Assembly (NCBI GenBank): GCA_037139515.1
Contig: JBAXGH010000005.1
Location: 1-62,597, forward strand
Source of the DNA: a bacterium
GTDB lineage: Bacteria; Patescibacteriota; Patescibacteriia; JBAXGH01
Direction: 5' to 3'
DNA: 62,597 nt
Position 1 is the first letter of the stretch. Each line of letters begins with the position of its first letter. Both the position numbers and the translations under genes were made by a program. The notes beneath the pieces are model-generated. The model did no database searches. It saw nothing but the letters and a program-made list of their open reading frames with translations, and had not been told where the DNA came from. This document shows positions 1 to 8,512 of the stretch, piece by piece.

Positions 1-67
1 GTATCCGAAGACTATATTCTTCGGAGGTGGTGCACTCGGTATTGAATTCGCCTTTTGTTATCATGTC

Positions 68-96
68 TTGACATCTTCGCTAAGATATGCGATTAT
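68..96 (+). promoter_or_regulatory. candidate sigma70-like promoter upstream of the DGR target gene
   Basis: TTGACA (68-73), 17-nt spacer, GATTAT (91-96). Confidence 0.35.
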
Positions 97-123
97 ATGT
101 CGGCTACCCAAAGGGCTACCTGA

Positions 124-966
124 GTGTTGGCACAATCCCGTGCTACCGCTCCGGATACCTTGGCTGGCTTGGAGAGTCACATGAAAACCCAGAAGATGAC
201 CACGGGGCAAATCGCGAAGTTGATCGAAATCGACAATAAGCGCGGCATTCGTGCCCAACTGCAGAAGCTCATTGCAGAGCTTTCGAATGGTGGTGTTTCG
301 CTCGCGAACCCGCAGGAGTTTTTCCAGGAGCTGTACGCCGAACTGTTCTCTGAAAAGGGAATCGTGGTGCCGCCTCTGCCGGAGGTGAGCGTGGAAACCA
401 CAGCGGCGCTCGCGAAGTATTCCCAGCTCATGTGGTGGTATTTCCCCGCTGTCACGGAGGCGGATTACTCGGCAAGCTTCGTGAAACCCAAGTGGGGCCA
501 GTACATCGACGAATCCAAGATTGAGCGAAAGCCGATCGAGGGATTCTGGGGCATCGTGGATACGACGCCCAAGCCCAACTGGGACGACAAGTCCGCTTAC
601 GGTGACCCGATCACCAAGCTTCTCGGTCTTGAGACGCGGTTCGGTGAGAGCTGGAATGTCTGTGTCGAAAAGCACTACCCTGTGCTCGACCGCGAGTTGC
701 ATCTGAAGGCAGGTGCGACGCGACACATGACGGCGGAACAGTACAATCTGTTCGCGAACGTCATGAACGAGTTGCGCACGAGCCGTGGAATGGATCTGCC
801 TGACTTGGGAGCGACCAACTCCTGGGAGTGGTGTGACAACCGTTGTGCGAGCGATGACCGCTTGTGCGTCGGTTACTCCGGGCGCGGTGGTCTCGCGCGT
901 GTTGCGAGCGGTCCTCCCGCGCACTCGGGCGACGATGTCGGGTTCCGTGCCCTGGCAGTTCCATAA
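124..966 (+). CDS. DGR variable (target) protein with a C-terminal C-type-lectin/FGE-like fold carrying the VR
   Basis: C-terminus is ...NSWEWCDNRC...GGLARV...GFRALAVP, and its last 128 nt form the VR. The likelier start is ATG 181, preceded by GGAGAG; 124 is a GTG. Confidence 0.85.
   Translation: MLAQSRATAPDTLAGLESHMKTQKMTTGQIAKLIEIDNKRGIRAQLQKLIAELSNGGVSLANPQEFFQELYAELFSEKGIVVPPLPEVSVETTAALAKYSQLMWWYFPAVTEADYSASFVKPKWGQYIDESKIERKPIEGFWGIVDTTPKPNWDDKSAYGDPITKLLGLETRFGESWNVCVEKHYPVLDRELHLKAGATRHMTAEQYNLFANVMNELRTSRGMDLPDLGATNSWEWCDNRCASDDRLCVGYSGRGGLARVASGPPAHSGDDVGFRALAVP
839..966 (+). other. DGR variable region (VR)
   Basis: Gap-free alignment to 1246-1373. There are 20 mismatches, 17 of them opposite TR adenines. 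Confidence 0.9.
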
Positions 967-987
967 GCCCTTTGTCCCTCTGTTCTG

Positions 988-1027
988 CCCCAAAAGCGTG
1001 GTCACGCTTTTGGGGTTTTTGTTTTTT
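988..1027 (+). terminator. rho-independent terminator or DGR target-site hairpin
   Basis: CCCCAAAAGCG-tggtca-CGCTTTTGGGG followed by TTTTTGTTTTTT, 22 nt after the VR stop. Confidence 0.7.
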
Positions 1028-1245
1028 CCTGATAAACTTACTGCAGAAACTGGCTCATGAACATGTGTGCCACGGCAACATGTCGCCTTTTTCTTCTCGA
1101 CAAGCGTTGAGAAAATTGGAACTGCTTGCTTTGGTCTAGGGAATAGAGATTCCAAACAGAGGATCGCTTGTGCGGTCTACAAAAATTGGCTTCCTTCGGG
1201 AATCTGATTTTGGTGAACATGATGGACTGAAGCAATAGGGCACGG

Positions 1246-1373
1246 ACCGTTATGCGAGCGATTACCGCTTGAACGTCGGTAACTCCGAGAACGGTGGTCT
1301 CGCGAATGTTGCGAACGATCATCCCGCGAACTCGAACGACAATATCGGGTTCCGTGCCCTGGCTGTTCTATAA
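1246..1373 (+). other. DGR template region (TR)
   Basis: Non-coding copy of the VR, rich in AAC/AAT triplets in the VR frame. Its 3' end overlaps the avd stop on the opposite strand. Confidence 0.9.
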
Positions 1374-1706
1374 ACTTTTACGCCACGCACCAAAATCAAC
1401 CCCGATTTCATTTAACTCCTTTTGGCGTTCAAGACACTTTTTTCGATCAAGTATCTTTAAATCGTAACCAAGTCGTAGATAGATTCGGAGCATGTCGATT
1501 CCCTCGATTGCTTTTCCTAGCAGAGCATCTTTCTTGGTCGTTGCGGCGAATGAGGCTTTTGTTGCTAGCGTGAGCAGCTCTAGCGCCTGCTCGTCGCAAC
1601 GCTCACCCCAAGTAAACCGGTCTTGCTTGCTGACTTGTCTTAAGTTTTGATAAAGAATTCGATAGAAGTCATAACACTTTTGAAAGACCGGTGCTGATGG
1701 ATCCAT
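1368..1706 (-). CDS. avd: Avd-like accessory variability determinant (four-helix-bundle protein)
   Basis: 112 aa, helical and basic, beginning PVFQKCYDFYRILYQNL and ending ...GAWRKSL. Lies between TR and RT. Confidence 0.7.
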   Translation of the reverse strand: MDPSAPVFQKCYDFYRILYQNLRQVSKQDRFTWGERCDEQALELLTLATKASFAATTKKDALLGKAIEGIDMLRIYLRLGYDLKILDRKKCLERQKELNEIGVDFGAWRKSL

Positions 1707-1712
1707 ATATTT

Positions 1713-2661
1713 ATGTTTCTGAAGATTATCTCTTTAGAAAATTTGTTTGAAGCCTGGAATGAGTTCAGTCGCGAAAAGCGAAAGAAACTAGATGTTCAAG
1801 AATTCGGACGACACTTGGAAGAAAATATATTTGCTTTACGCGACGATTTATTGTCTGGCAAATATCAGCACGAGAGCTATTTTAGATTTCACATTTTTGA
1901 TCCGAAGCATCGCATTATTCACAAAGCTACGGTTCGCGACCGTTTAGTGCATCGCGCAGCTTATCGCGTTCTGTATCCGCATTTCGACCACTCATTCATC
2001 TTCGATTCGTACTCATGCCGTATTGGAAAGGGAACGCATGCTGCCGTTCGGCGCTTGGAAGATTTCACGCGCCGAGTGAGTAAGAATTTTCGTCACCCAT
2101 GTTGGGTTTTGAAATTTGATATTCGCAAATTTTTTGATTCGGTGGACCACGAGATTTTGCTACAAATTTTGCGTGGCAAAATTTTATGTGGGCGAACGTT
2201 TTCGTTACTCGAAAATATCGTGAAGAGTCACGGGGATTTGCGGGGGGGGGTTACCAATTGGTAATTTAACATCTCAGTTGTTTGCAAACATATATTTGAA
2301 TGCATTTGATCATTTCGTGAAAGAAGTACTACGAGAGAAATTTTACATCAGATATACAGACGACGCTGTAATCGTGAGTAACGATAAAGAACATTTAAGT
2401 TTATGTTTGGCACGGATCGCGGATTGGTTGAGGTGCGAGCGAAAACTCGATTTGCATCCGGTGAAAGTTAGTATTCGAAAACTGTCGCAAGGGATTGATT
2501 TCTTGGGATATGTGATTCTGCCGCATCACACGGTTTTGCGGACGAAAACGAAGTGGCGAATGTTTGCGCGGGTCAATTTGGAAAATGCCGCCTCGTACCG
2601 CGGATTGTTAGAACACTGTTCTGGGATGAAATTAGCTATAAAAATCAACAAGATGATTTGA
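1713..2661 (+). CDS. DGR reverse transcriptase, reading frame broken in a G9 run (2242-2250)
   Basis: ORFs 1713-2264 and 2278-2661. The downstream frame extended upstream reads GLPIGNLTSQLFANIYLN, and YTDD follows. Removing one G fuses the two halves. Confidence 0.85.
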
Positions 2662-2733
2662 TTGGCCAAAAATTCCAAATTATGGCACTCTGTGGGGGTG
2701 ATTTTTTTATGTCAGGCGAGACCACTTCTACAA

Positions 2734-2823
2734 GATCCCTCGGCTTCGGGATGACAATAAAAGCTCGGGATGACGACAATTGAAGCCAAGATGACAACAA
2801 TTACTACGGATGACGACAATAAC
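2734..2823 (-). repeat. R1 hairpin repeat (reverse copy) plus 3 degenerate GGATGAC(A/G)ACAAT half-sites
   Basis: GATCCCTCGGCTTCGGGATGAC at 2734-2755. GATGAC restarts at 2750, 2769, 2790 and 2809. Confidence 0.85.
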
Positions 2824-2827
2824 AATT

Positions 2828-4213
2828 ATGCTCCCAATTTATTTATACAACACGCTTTCGCGCAGCAAGGAAGAATTCAAACCCATCACGCCCGGCCAGG
2901 TCGGCATGTATACCTGTGGCCCGACGGTCTATCACGATGTTCACATCGGAAACTTGCGCACTTTTTTGTTTGAAGATTTTTTGAAGCGCATGTTTGAGCT
3001 GAACGGTTACACGGTGAATCATGTGATGAATATCACGGACGTCGGACATTTGGTCGGCGACGGCGATATCGGCGATGATAAAGTTGCGAAAACGGCGCGT
3101 GAAAATGGCAAGACTGCCTGGGACGTCGCTGAACTTTATACCAAGCTTTTCTTGAACGACGTTAAGCGCTTGAATATCGAGCCTCCGACGACGCTTTCAA
3201 AAGCGACGGATCACATCAAAGAACAAATCGCGCTCGTGAAGCGGCTTGAAGAAAAGGGTTTGACTTATATCACAAAAGACGGCGTCTATTATGACGCCAA
3301 GAAATTCGCGAATTACGGTGCGCTTGGCGGTCAGAAGGCGGACGAAAAGCTCGGCGGTGCACGCATTTCGCTCGGTGAAAAGCATTCGGCGATCGATTTT
3401 GCTTTATGGAAATTTTCTCCGAAGGGCGTGAAGCGCGACATGGAATGGGATTCGCCGTGGGGAAAGGGCTTCCCGGGATGGCACATCGAATGTTCCGCCA
3501 TGGCCATGAAATATCTTGGCGAAACTTTTGATATTCACTGCGGCGCTATGGATTTAGCGCCCGTGCATCACGAAAACGAAATCGCTCAGGCGGAAGGCGC
3601 GACCGGCAAACCGTTTGTGCACTATTGGGTGCATGGCGAATTCCTGCTCATCGACGAAAAGAAAATGTCGAAGTCGGTGAAGAACGATTACACGCTCGAA
3701 GATTTGGTGGTGAATTGCGCCGAGCCGATAGCTTTCCGATTCTTCAACATGTCAGCTCACTATCGTTCAAAGTTGAACTTCACTTATGAAGCTCTGCGCG
3801 CTTCGGCGAATGCGCTTCGCGGTTTACGGGCCGCTCTTCGTGAGTTGGAAACTCCCGGCGAAACGGGCGCCGTCGAATACGAAAAGCGCTTCATGGAACG
3901 TGTGAATGATGATTTGGATATCCCGGGCGCTTTGGCTGTGATGTGGGAAATGGTACGGGACGCAGCGACGCCTTCTTCCGCCAAGGCGAAATCAATTATC
4001 ATGATGGATCGCGTTTTTGGACTCGGTTTGAAAGAATATATCGCGGCCAAAATTGAAATTCCGGAAACGATTCAGACTCTTGTCGATGAACGCGAAAAAG
4101 CTAGACTTGCCAAGGACTGGATCCGTTCTGATGAGCTGCGCCTGGAAATCGAAATCGCCGGGTTTGAAATCGAAGATACGGCTGAGGGACCGAAATTACG
4201 AAGTGATCACTAG
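2828..4213 (+). CDS. cysS: cysteine--tRNA ligase
   Basis: CGPTVYHDVHIGNLRTF (HIGH motif) and KMSKS. ATG 2828 is preferred over the ORF-track start, which lies inside repeats. Confidence 0.95.
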   Translation: MLPIYLYNTLSRSKEEFKPITPGQVGMYTCGPTVYHDVHIGNLRTFLFEDFLKRMFELNGYTVNHVMNITDVGHLVGDGDIGDDKVAKTARENGKTAWDVAELYTKLFLNDVKRLNIEPPTTLSKATDHIKEQIALVKRLEEKGLTYITKDGVYYDAKKFANYGALGGQKADEKLGGARISLGEKHSAIDFALWKFSPKGVKRDMEWDSPWGKGFPGWHIECSAMAMKYLGETFDIHCGAMDLAPVHHENEIAQAEGATGKPFVHYWVHGEFLLIDEKKMSKSVKNDYTLEDLVVNCAEPIAFRFFNMSAHYRSKLNFTYEALRASANALRGLRAALRELETPGETGAVEYEKRFMERVNDDLDIPGALAVMWEMVRDAATPSSAKAKSIIMMDRVFGLGLKEYIAAKIEIPETIQTLVDEREKARLAKDWIRSDELRLEIEIAGFEIEDTAEGPKLRSDH

Positions 4214-4224
4214 GGCGGGGCAGT

Positions 4225-4308
4225 GAAAAAATCAAAAAATCAAGAAAACAAAAAATCAATGAACCGCTCCGTCCCTTTGATTTCTTGTTTTTTTGTTTTC
4301 TTGATTTG
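4225..4308. repeat. R5 A/T-rich long inverted repeat (candidate bidirectional terminator)
   Basis: AAAAAATCAAAAAATCAAGAAAACAAAAAATCAA ... TTGATTTCTTGTTTTTTTGTTTTCTTGATTT, between convergent cysS and corA-like genes. Confidence 0.7.
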
Positions 4309-4317
4309 TTACCACCT

Positions 4318-5271
4318 TTAGACCCACTTTTTCTTTACGAAATAGTAGACGAGAACACCGGTAACAAGCGCCATAAGGCCGGAAACTATCCAGACGCCGT
4401 TCGGCGAGTGAATAATCGGCATGCGCGAAGATGGCATCGCGAAAAATGCGGCAATAAAATTCAGCGGGAAAATAATCACCGAAATCATGGTGAGTACCCG
4501 CATAACATCATTCAAACGTGCCTCGATGATAGTTTGGTGTGATGAATGAATGGCGTCGATTGTGTCTTTGTAGGTATCAAGTAAATCCCAGAATTCGACG
4601 GTTTGGTCTATCAGATGTTCCATGAATAGATGTAGCTTATCGCTTGGGAACCTGTGTTCAGCCATGTGAACCATGTGCTGAATAATATTTTTGTGTCCTC
4701 CGATAGCTTTGCGATAACTCGCGATATTAGTTTTGATGCGCAGGATTTCCAGAATCGTACCTTTGCGGCGCGCGTCAAAAATATTTTTCTCAACCTCGTC
4801 GATATCGTGACCGATATGTACTAGCATTGGTGATTGCGACGCGAGAAGGGCACGTAGAACTTCGATAAGTAGGGTCATCGGAGTGCCGGAAAGGCAGAGA
4901 TGTTTGGATTCTGCCGTGGCAGCGCAGGAATCAAAAACATCGTTCACTGGCAACAAAGAAGAGTCGTGAATTGTCACCAGGGTTTCGTTTGTGATGAAAA
5001 AGTCGATTTCGTGAGGTTCGATTTGTTTAGTTTCGCGGTTATAAACAGGGAAAAGTAAAACCAGGAATAGATAATTGTTTCGGTCCACGACTTTTGGACG
5101 CTGTAACGGCGGAAGCGCTTCAAGTAAATCCAAAGTTTCAAACAAAGGAAAACGCCGACCGAGTCTTTGTACTTCGGCCTTATCAGGACTGGTTATGTTT
5201 ATCCAGTTGCACTTTTCACTCTCCAGTTCGCGCCAGACACTTGAAGTTTTTTTCCTCTTTAGCATATCCAC
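4318..5271 (-). CDS. CorA-family divalent cation transporter, signature GMN replaced by AMP
   Basis: C-terminus VLTMISVIIFPLNFIAAFFAMPS...YYFVKKKWV aligns with CorA TM1-GMN-TM2. Confidence 0.8.
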   Translation of the reverse strand: MDMLKRKKTSSVWRELESEKCNWINITSPDKAEVQRLGRRFPLFETLDLLEALPPLQRPKVVDRNNYLFLVLLFPVYNRETKQIEPHEIDFFITNETLVTIHDSSLLPVNDVFDSCAATAESKHLCLSGTPMTLLIEVLRALLASQSPMLVHIGHDIDEVEKNIFDARRKGTILEILRIKTNIASYRKAIGGHKNIIQHMVHMAEHRFPSDKLHLFMEHLIDQTVEFWDLLDTYKDTIDAIHSSHQTIIEARLNDVMRVLTMISVIIFPLNFIAAFFAMPSSRMPIIHSPNGVWIVSGLMALVTGVLVYYFVKKKWV

Positions 5272-5347
5272 ATTATACCAGATTGGACTTAGCCGAGTTT
5301 TCTGCGCGCTGACTCTTCTCTGCTATAATACCTACATATCTCCGAAT

Positions 5348-5866
5348 ATGAATCAAAACTCAACGACTATTGAAGTTCCAAAGGTTGAAGTGCCGGCGGC
5401 TGAGCCTGCTGAAATTGCGGTGAACGCTCCGGTTGAAACAATCGCGACTCCGGAAACAAGAGAGGCAGAAAGCGAAAGAAGAGCAGCGCTCGATGCTCAG
5501 GCTGCTGCGGATTTGCGTTCTTCGCTTACGGCGACTGCGGTTCCGGTTGCGGGAATGGCCAAGATCGAAAAACCAGAGCTTGAAAGAAAGATTGATAAAA
5601 TTCTTGAGGCTGATTTGAAAGATTTATATAAGGAGTTGCCGGATAATGTTAAGCCGGAGTTTAAGCATAGAGCAGAGCATGCTTCTTCAGTTATTAAAGA
5701 TTTGATTGAGTCCGCTAAAGCCACGGCAATCAAAATCGTCGATGTTTTACGTGAATGGCTTCGTATAATTCCGGTATCGAGTGCAATTTTCGTCGAACAG
5801 ATAATTAAAATTAAGACTGATCAGTTAATGGCGCTCGTGAGTGCGATTAAGACGGTGGCGTCGTAG
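5348..5866 (+). CDS. hypothetical protein
   Basis: In-frame ATG 5348 avoids overlap with the corA-like gene. The ORF continues to 5866. Confidence 0.5.
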   Translation: MNQNSTTIEVPKVEVPAAEPAEIAVNAPVETIATPETREAESERRAALDAQAAADLRSSLTATAVPVAGMAKIEKPELERKIDKILEADLKDLYKELPDNVKPEFKHRAEHASSVIKDLIESAKATAIKIVDVLREWLRIIPVSSAIFVEQIIKIKTDQLMALVSAIKTVAS

Positions 5867-5893
5867 CTTTTTCCCAAGTTTAAGTAACTTTTT

Positions 5894-8452
5894 ATGGCTC
5901 AAGCAGGACTCGTGACGCCACAGGACGTTTTAAAAACGGTTAGCATCGATCCCACATCGCTGGTTGATTTTGTTCCATATATCATTGCAGGCGTCTGGGT
6001 TCTTGTTGTTTTTTGGGTTCTGATAATTTGGTATGTGCGTAAGGTTCGGGCAAAGGCTCGTCTTATGCACAGAACTGTGACTTTTTTGGTTCGATTACCA
6101 AAGGAAACAGGCAAAGAAGGGGAGAAAGCAACTTCGATTGAGCAGTTGCGCGAAGATATTTCGGTGACAGAGACTTTCTTTTCTGCAATTGGAGGACTGC
6201 ATCCTGAGGGAGGTTTAGGGGCTTTTCTTTCCGGATATAAAGAAGTTTTTGCTTTTGAATTTGTGGCGCACGGTGGACTTATTTCTTTTTATATCACCGT
6301 ACCGGAAGAAAAAACGGAATTCATCGAACAGCAAATTCACGCGCAGTTTCCGGACGCCGCCATCAATATCGCGCCGGACTACAACATGTTTACTCCGAAA
6401 TCTACGATTATCGGTACCGCGATGACTTTTCGTCGCGAGTCAGCTTTTCCAATAAAAACATACCGTAAGCTTGAAGGTGATCCGCTCTCGGGGCTTACGC
6501 ATCCGCTCACCAAGATGCGCGAACATGAAGGTGTTGCGATTCAGTTTTTGGTGAAGAGCGCCAAGCCTAATTGGCGTAATTACGGACTTCAGATTGTCAG
6601 AAAGTTGCAGAAAGGAAAAACTCTTCATCAAATCGAAAACGAGAGAAGTATTTTTCATATTCTCGGAACTTTTTGGGATGCCGGGATGAAATCCGAAGAG
6701 CAAAAAGAAAAGGATAAACAGGAATTGAAAGAAAATAAACTTTCTCCAATGGAGGAGGAGATGGTAAAAGGTTTAGATGAGAAGGCTTCTAAGGCCGGTT
6801 TGGATGTAAATGTTCGTGTAGTGGTTTCATCGGAAGATAAAGACCGGGTCGCCGAACTGCTTACAAATATAGTTTCGTCTTTCTCGCAGTTCAGTATTTA
6901 TGAATTCGGAAATGCTTTTCAGAAATCAATCCCGTCTAACAAAAAGAAGTTTCTTCATGATTTTATTTATCGAACTTTTGATGATGGCAAAAAAATCACA
7001 CTGAATACCGAGGAGCTTGCGAGTGTTTGGCATTTGCCGCTTCCTTCAACCGAAACCCCGAACATCAACTGGCTCATCGCCCGTGGTTCGGCGCCGCCAG
7101 CCAATATTCCGACTTCTGGCCTACGCCTTGGCGAAGTCGAATATCGCGGAGTTCACACTGATATATACATGAAGGAAGATGACCGTCGCCGTCATTTGTA
7201 CATGATTGGTAAATCCGGTTCCGGTAAAACCAATACTATCGAAGCGCTTGCAATTCAAGATATTCGTGCCGGACGTGGAGTTGGTATTATTGATCCGAAC
7301 GGCGATTTGATTGAGTGGATTCTTGGAAATATTCCACCGGAGCGCATTGATGACGTAATTCTGTTTAAACCGTCGGACCTGGAGCGTCCGATGGGCTTGA
7401 ACATGCTTGAAGCCAAAACCGAAGAGCAAAAAGACTTTGCGGCTGCTGAAATGGTGCAGATTTTCTATAAGCTGTATGGCCCGGAAATGATCGGTCCGAT
7501 GTTCGAACATGATATGCGCAACGTTATGCTAACGCTCATGTCGGATGTGAACGATGTTGGTACACTTACCGAAATCCCGCGCATGTTTTCCGATGCCGAG
7601 TATCAAAAAGTTTGGCGCGCAAAAATCAAAGATCCGGTTGTGAAGTCGTATTGGGATAATGAAGTCGATAAAACTAGCGATTTCCATAAATCCGAAAAGC
7701 TGGGTTACTTGATTTCGAAAGTCGGTCGTTTCGTGGAAAATGAAATGATGCGCAATATTATCGGTCAAAAGAAAAGCTCATTTGATTTCCGTGATGTCAT
7801 GGATAAGAGTAAAATCCTGCTTGTTAACCTTTCTAAGGGAACGACCGGTGAAATCAATGCCAAGCTGCTCGGCATGATTATGGTGACCAAGCTTCAGATG
7901 GCAGCTTTCTCGCGTGCTGAATTGCAAGAGTCTGAGCGTAAGGATTTCTATTTATATATCGATGAGTTCCAGAACTTCGTTACCGATTCTATCGCTACAA
8001 TTCTTTCCGAAGCTCGTAAATATCGTTTGTGCTTGATCGTGGCTCATCAATATTTGAATCAGCTGGCTGAAGGCGGAAAGCGCGAAGTGCTTGATGCTGT
8101 GCTTGGAAACGTCGGTACGACGCTCGTTTCCCGTATCGGTCCGGAAGATGTGGAAACTTTGGTGAAGCTGTATGAGCCGACTTTTGGACCGTTCGACTTG
8201 ATGAACTCTCCGAAGCAAACCTGGTACACAAAAATGATTATTGATGATAACTCAACCAGGCCTTTCGCGATGCACGGATATTGGGCCGGCAAAACCGATC
8301 CGGAACTGGCTAAGAAAATCTACGAGCTTTCGCGTTTGAAATACGGTCGTCCGCGCGATTTGGTGGCGGCGGAAATTCTTGAGCGATCACAGCTTGGTCA
8401 AAAGAAAGATGTTGATGCTCTGCCGGATCCGTTTGCGGAATTGCTGAAATAG
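5894..8452 (+). CDS. membrane-anchored TraD/VirD4-like (T4SS coupling-protein-like) P-loop ATPase
   Basis: N-terminal TM segment, Walker A GKSGSGKT, Walker B LYIDEFQNF. Confidence 0.6.
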   Translation: MAQAGLVTPQDVLKTVSIDPTSLVDFVPYIIAGVWVLVVFWVLIIWYVRKVRAKARLMHRTVTFLVRLPKETGKEGEKATSIEQLREDISVTETFFSAIGGLHPEGGLGAFLSGYKEVFAFEFVAHGGLISFYITVPEEKTEFIEQQIHAQFPDAAINIAPDYNMFTPKSTIIGTAMTFRRESAFPIKTYRKLEGDPLSGLTHPLTKMREHEGVAIQFLVKSAKPNWRNYGLQIVRKLQKGKTLHQIENERSIFHILGTFWDAGMKSEEQKEKDKQELKENKLSPMEEEMVKGLDEKASKAGLDVNVRVVVSSEDKDRVAELLTNIVSSFSQFSIYEFGNAFQKSIPSNKKKFLHDFIYRTFDDGKKITLNTEELASVWHLPLPSTETPNINWLIARGSAPPANIPTSGLRLGEVEYRGVHTDIYMKEDDRRRHLYMIGKSGSGKTNTIEALAIQDIRAGRGVGIIDPNGDLIEWILGNIPPERIDDVILFKPSDLERPMGLNMLEAKTEEQKDFAAAEMVQIFYKLYGPEMIGPMFEHDMRNVMLTLMSDVNDVGTLTEIPRMFSDAEYQKVWRAKIKDPVVKSYWDNEVDKTSDFHKSEKLGYLISKVGRFVENEMMRNIIGQKKSSFDFRDVMDKSKILLVNLSKGTTGEINAKLLGMIMVTKLQMAAFSRAELQESERKDFYLYIDEFQNFVTDSIATILSEARKYRLCLIVAHQYLNQLAEGGKREVLDAVLGNVGTTLVSRIGPEDVETLVKLYEPTFGPFDLMNSPKQTWYTKMIIDDNSTRPFAMHGYWAGKTDPELAKKIYELSRLKYGRPRDLVAAEILERSQLGQKKDVDALPDPFAELLK

Positions 8453-8512
8453 AGTTATCCACCGAGTTTGGTTAATAAATTTTCCTGGGTCTCATGATAT
8501 AATGTCAGCATT

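Larger units (their letters stand above)
124..2661 (+). mobile_element. diversity-generating retroelement (target gene with VR, TR, avd, RT)
   Basis: 128-nt VR/TR pair with mismatches almost only at TR adenines. An Avd-like ORF and a DGR-type RT lie adjacent. Confidence 0.9.

Noticed and set aside
61-1155. 364-aa ORF on the minus strand
   Set aside because: It is antisense to the DGR target gene and spans the terminator and non-coding DNA. It is a typical spurious long ORF in a GC-rich stretch. The plus-strand ORF carries the VR and a CLec-type C-terminus.
2553-2973. Small ORFs 2553-2783 and 2770-2973 (MTTIEAKMTTITTDDDNNNY...)
   Set aside because: They are translations of the R1 half-site array (GATGACAACAAT read as MTT/DDN) and of the cysS 5' region in another frame.
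5075-5347. N-terminal 91 codons of ORF 5075-5866
   Set aside because: This part overlaps the corA-like gene on the opposite strand. The in-frame ATG at 5348 gives a non-overlapping gene.
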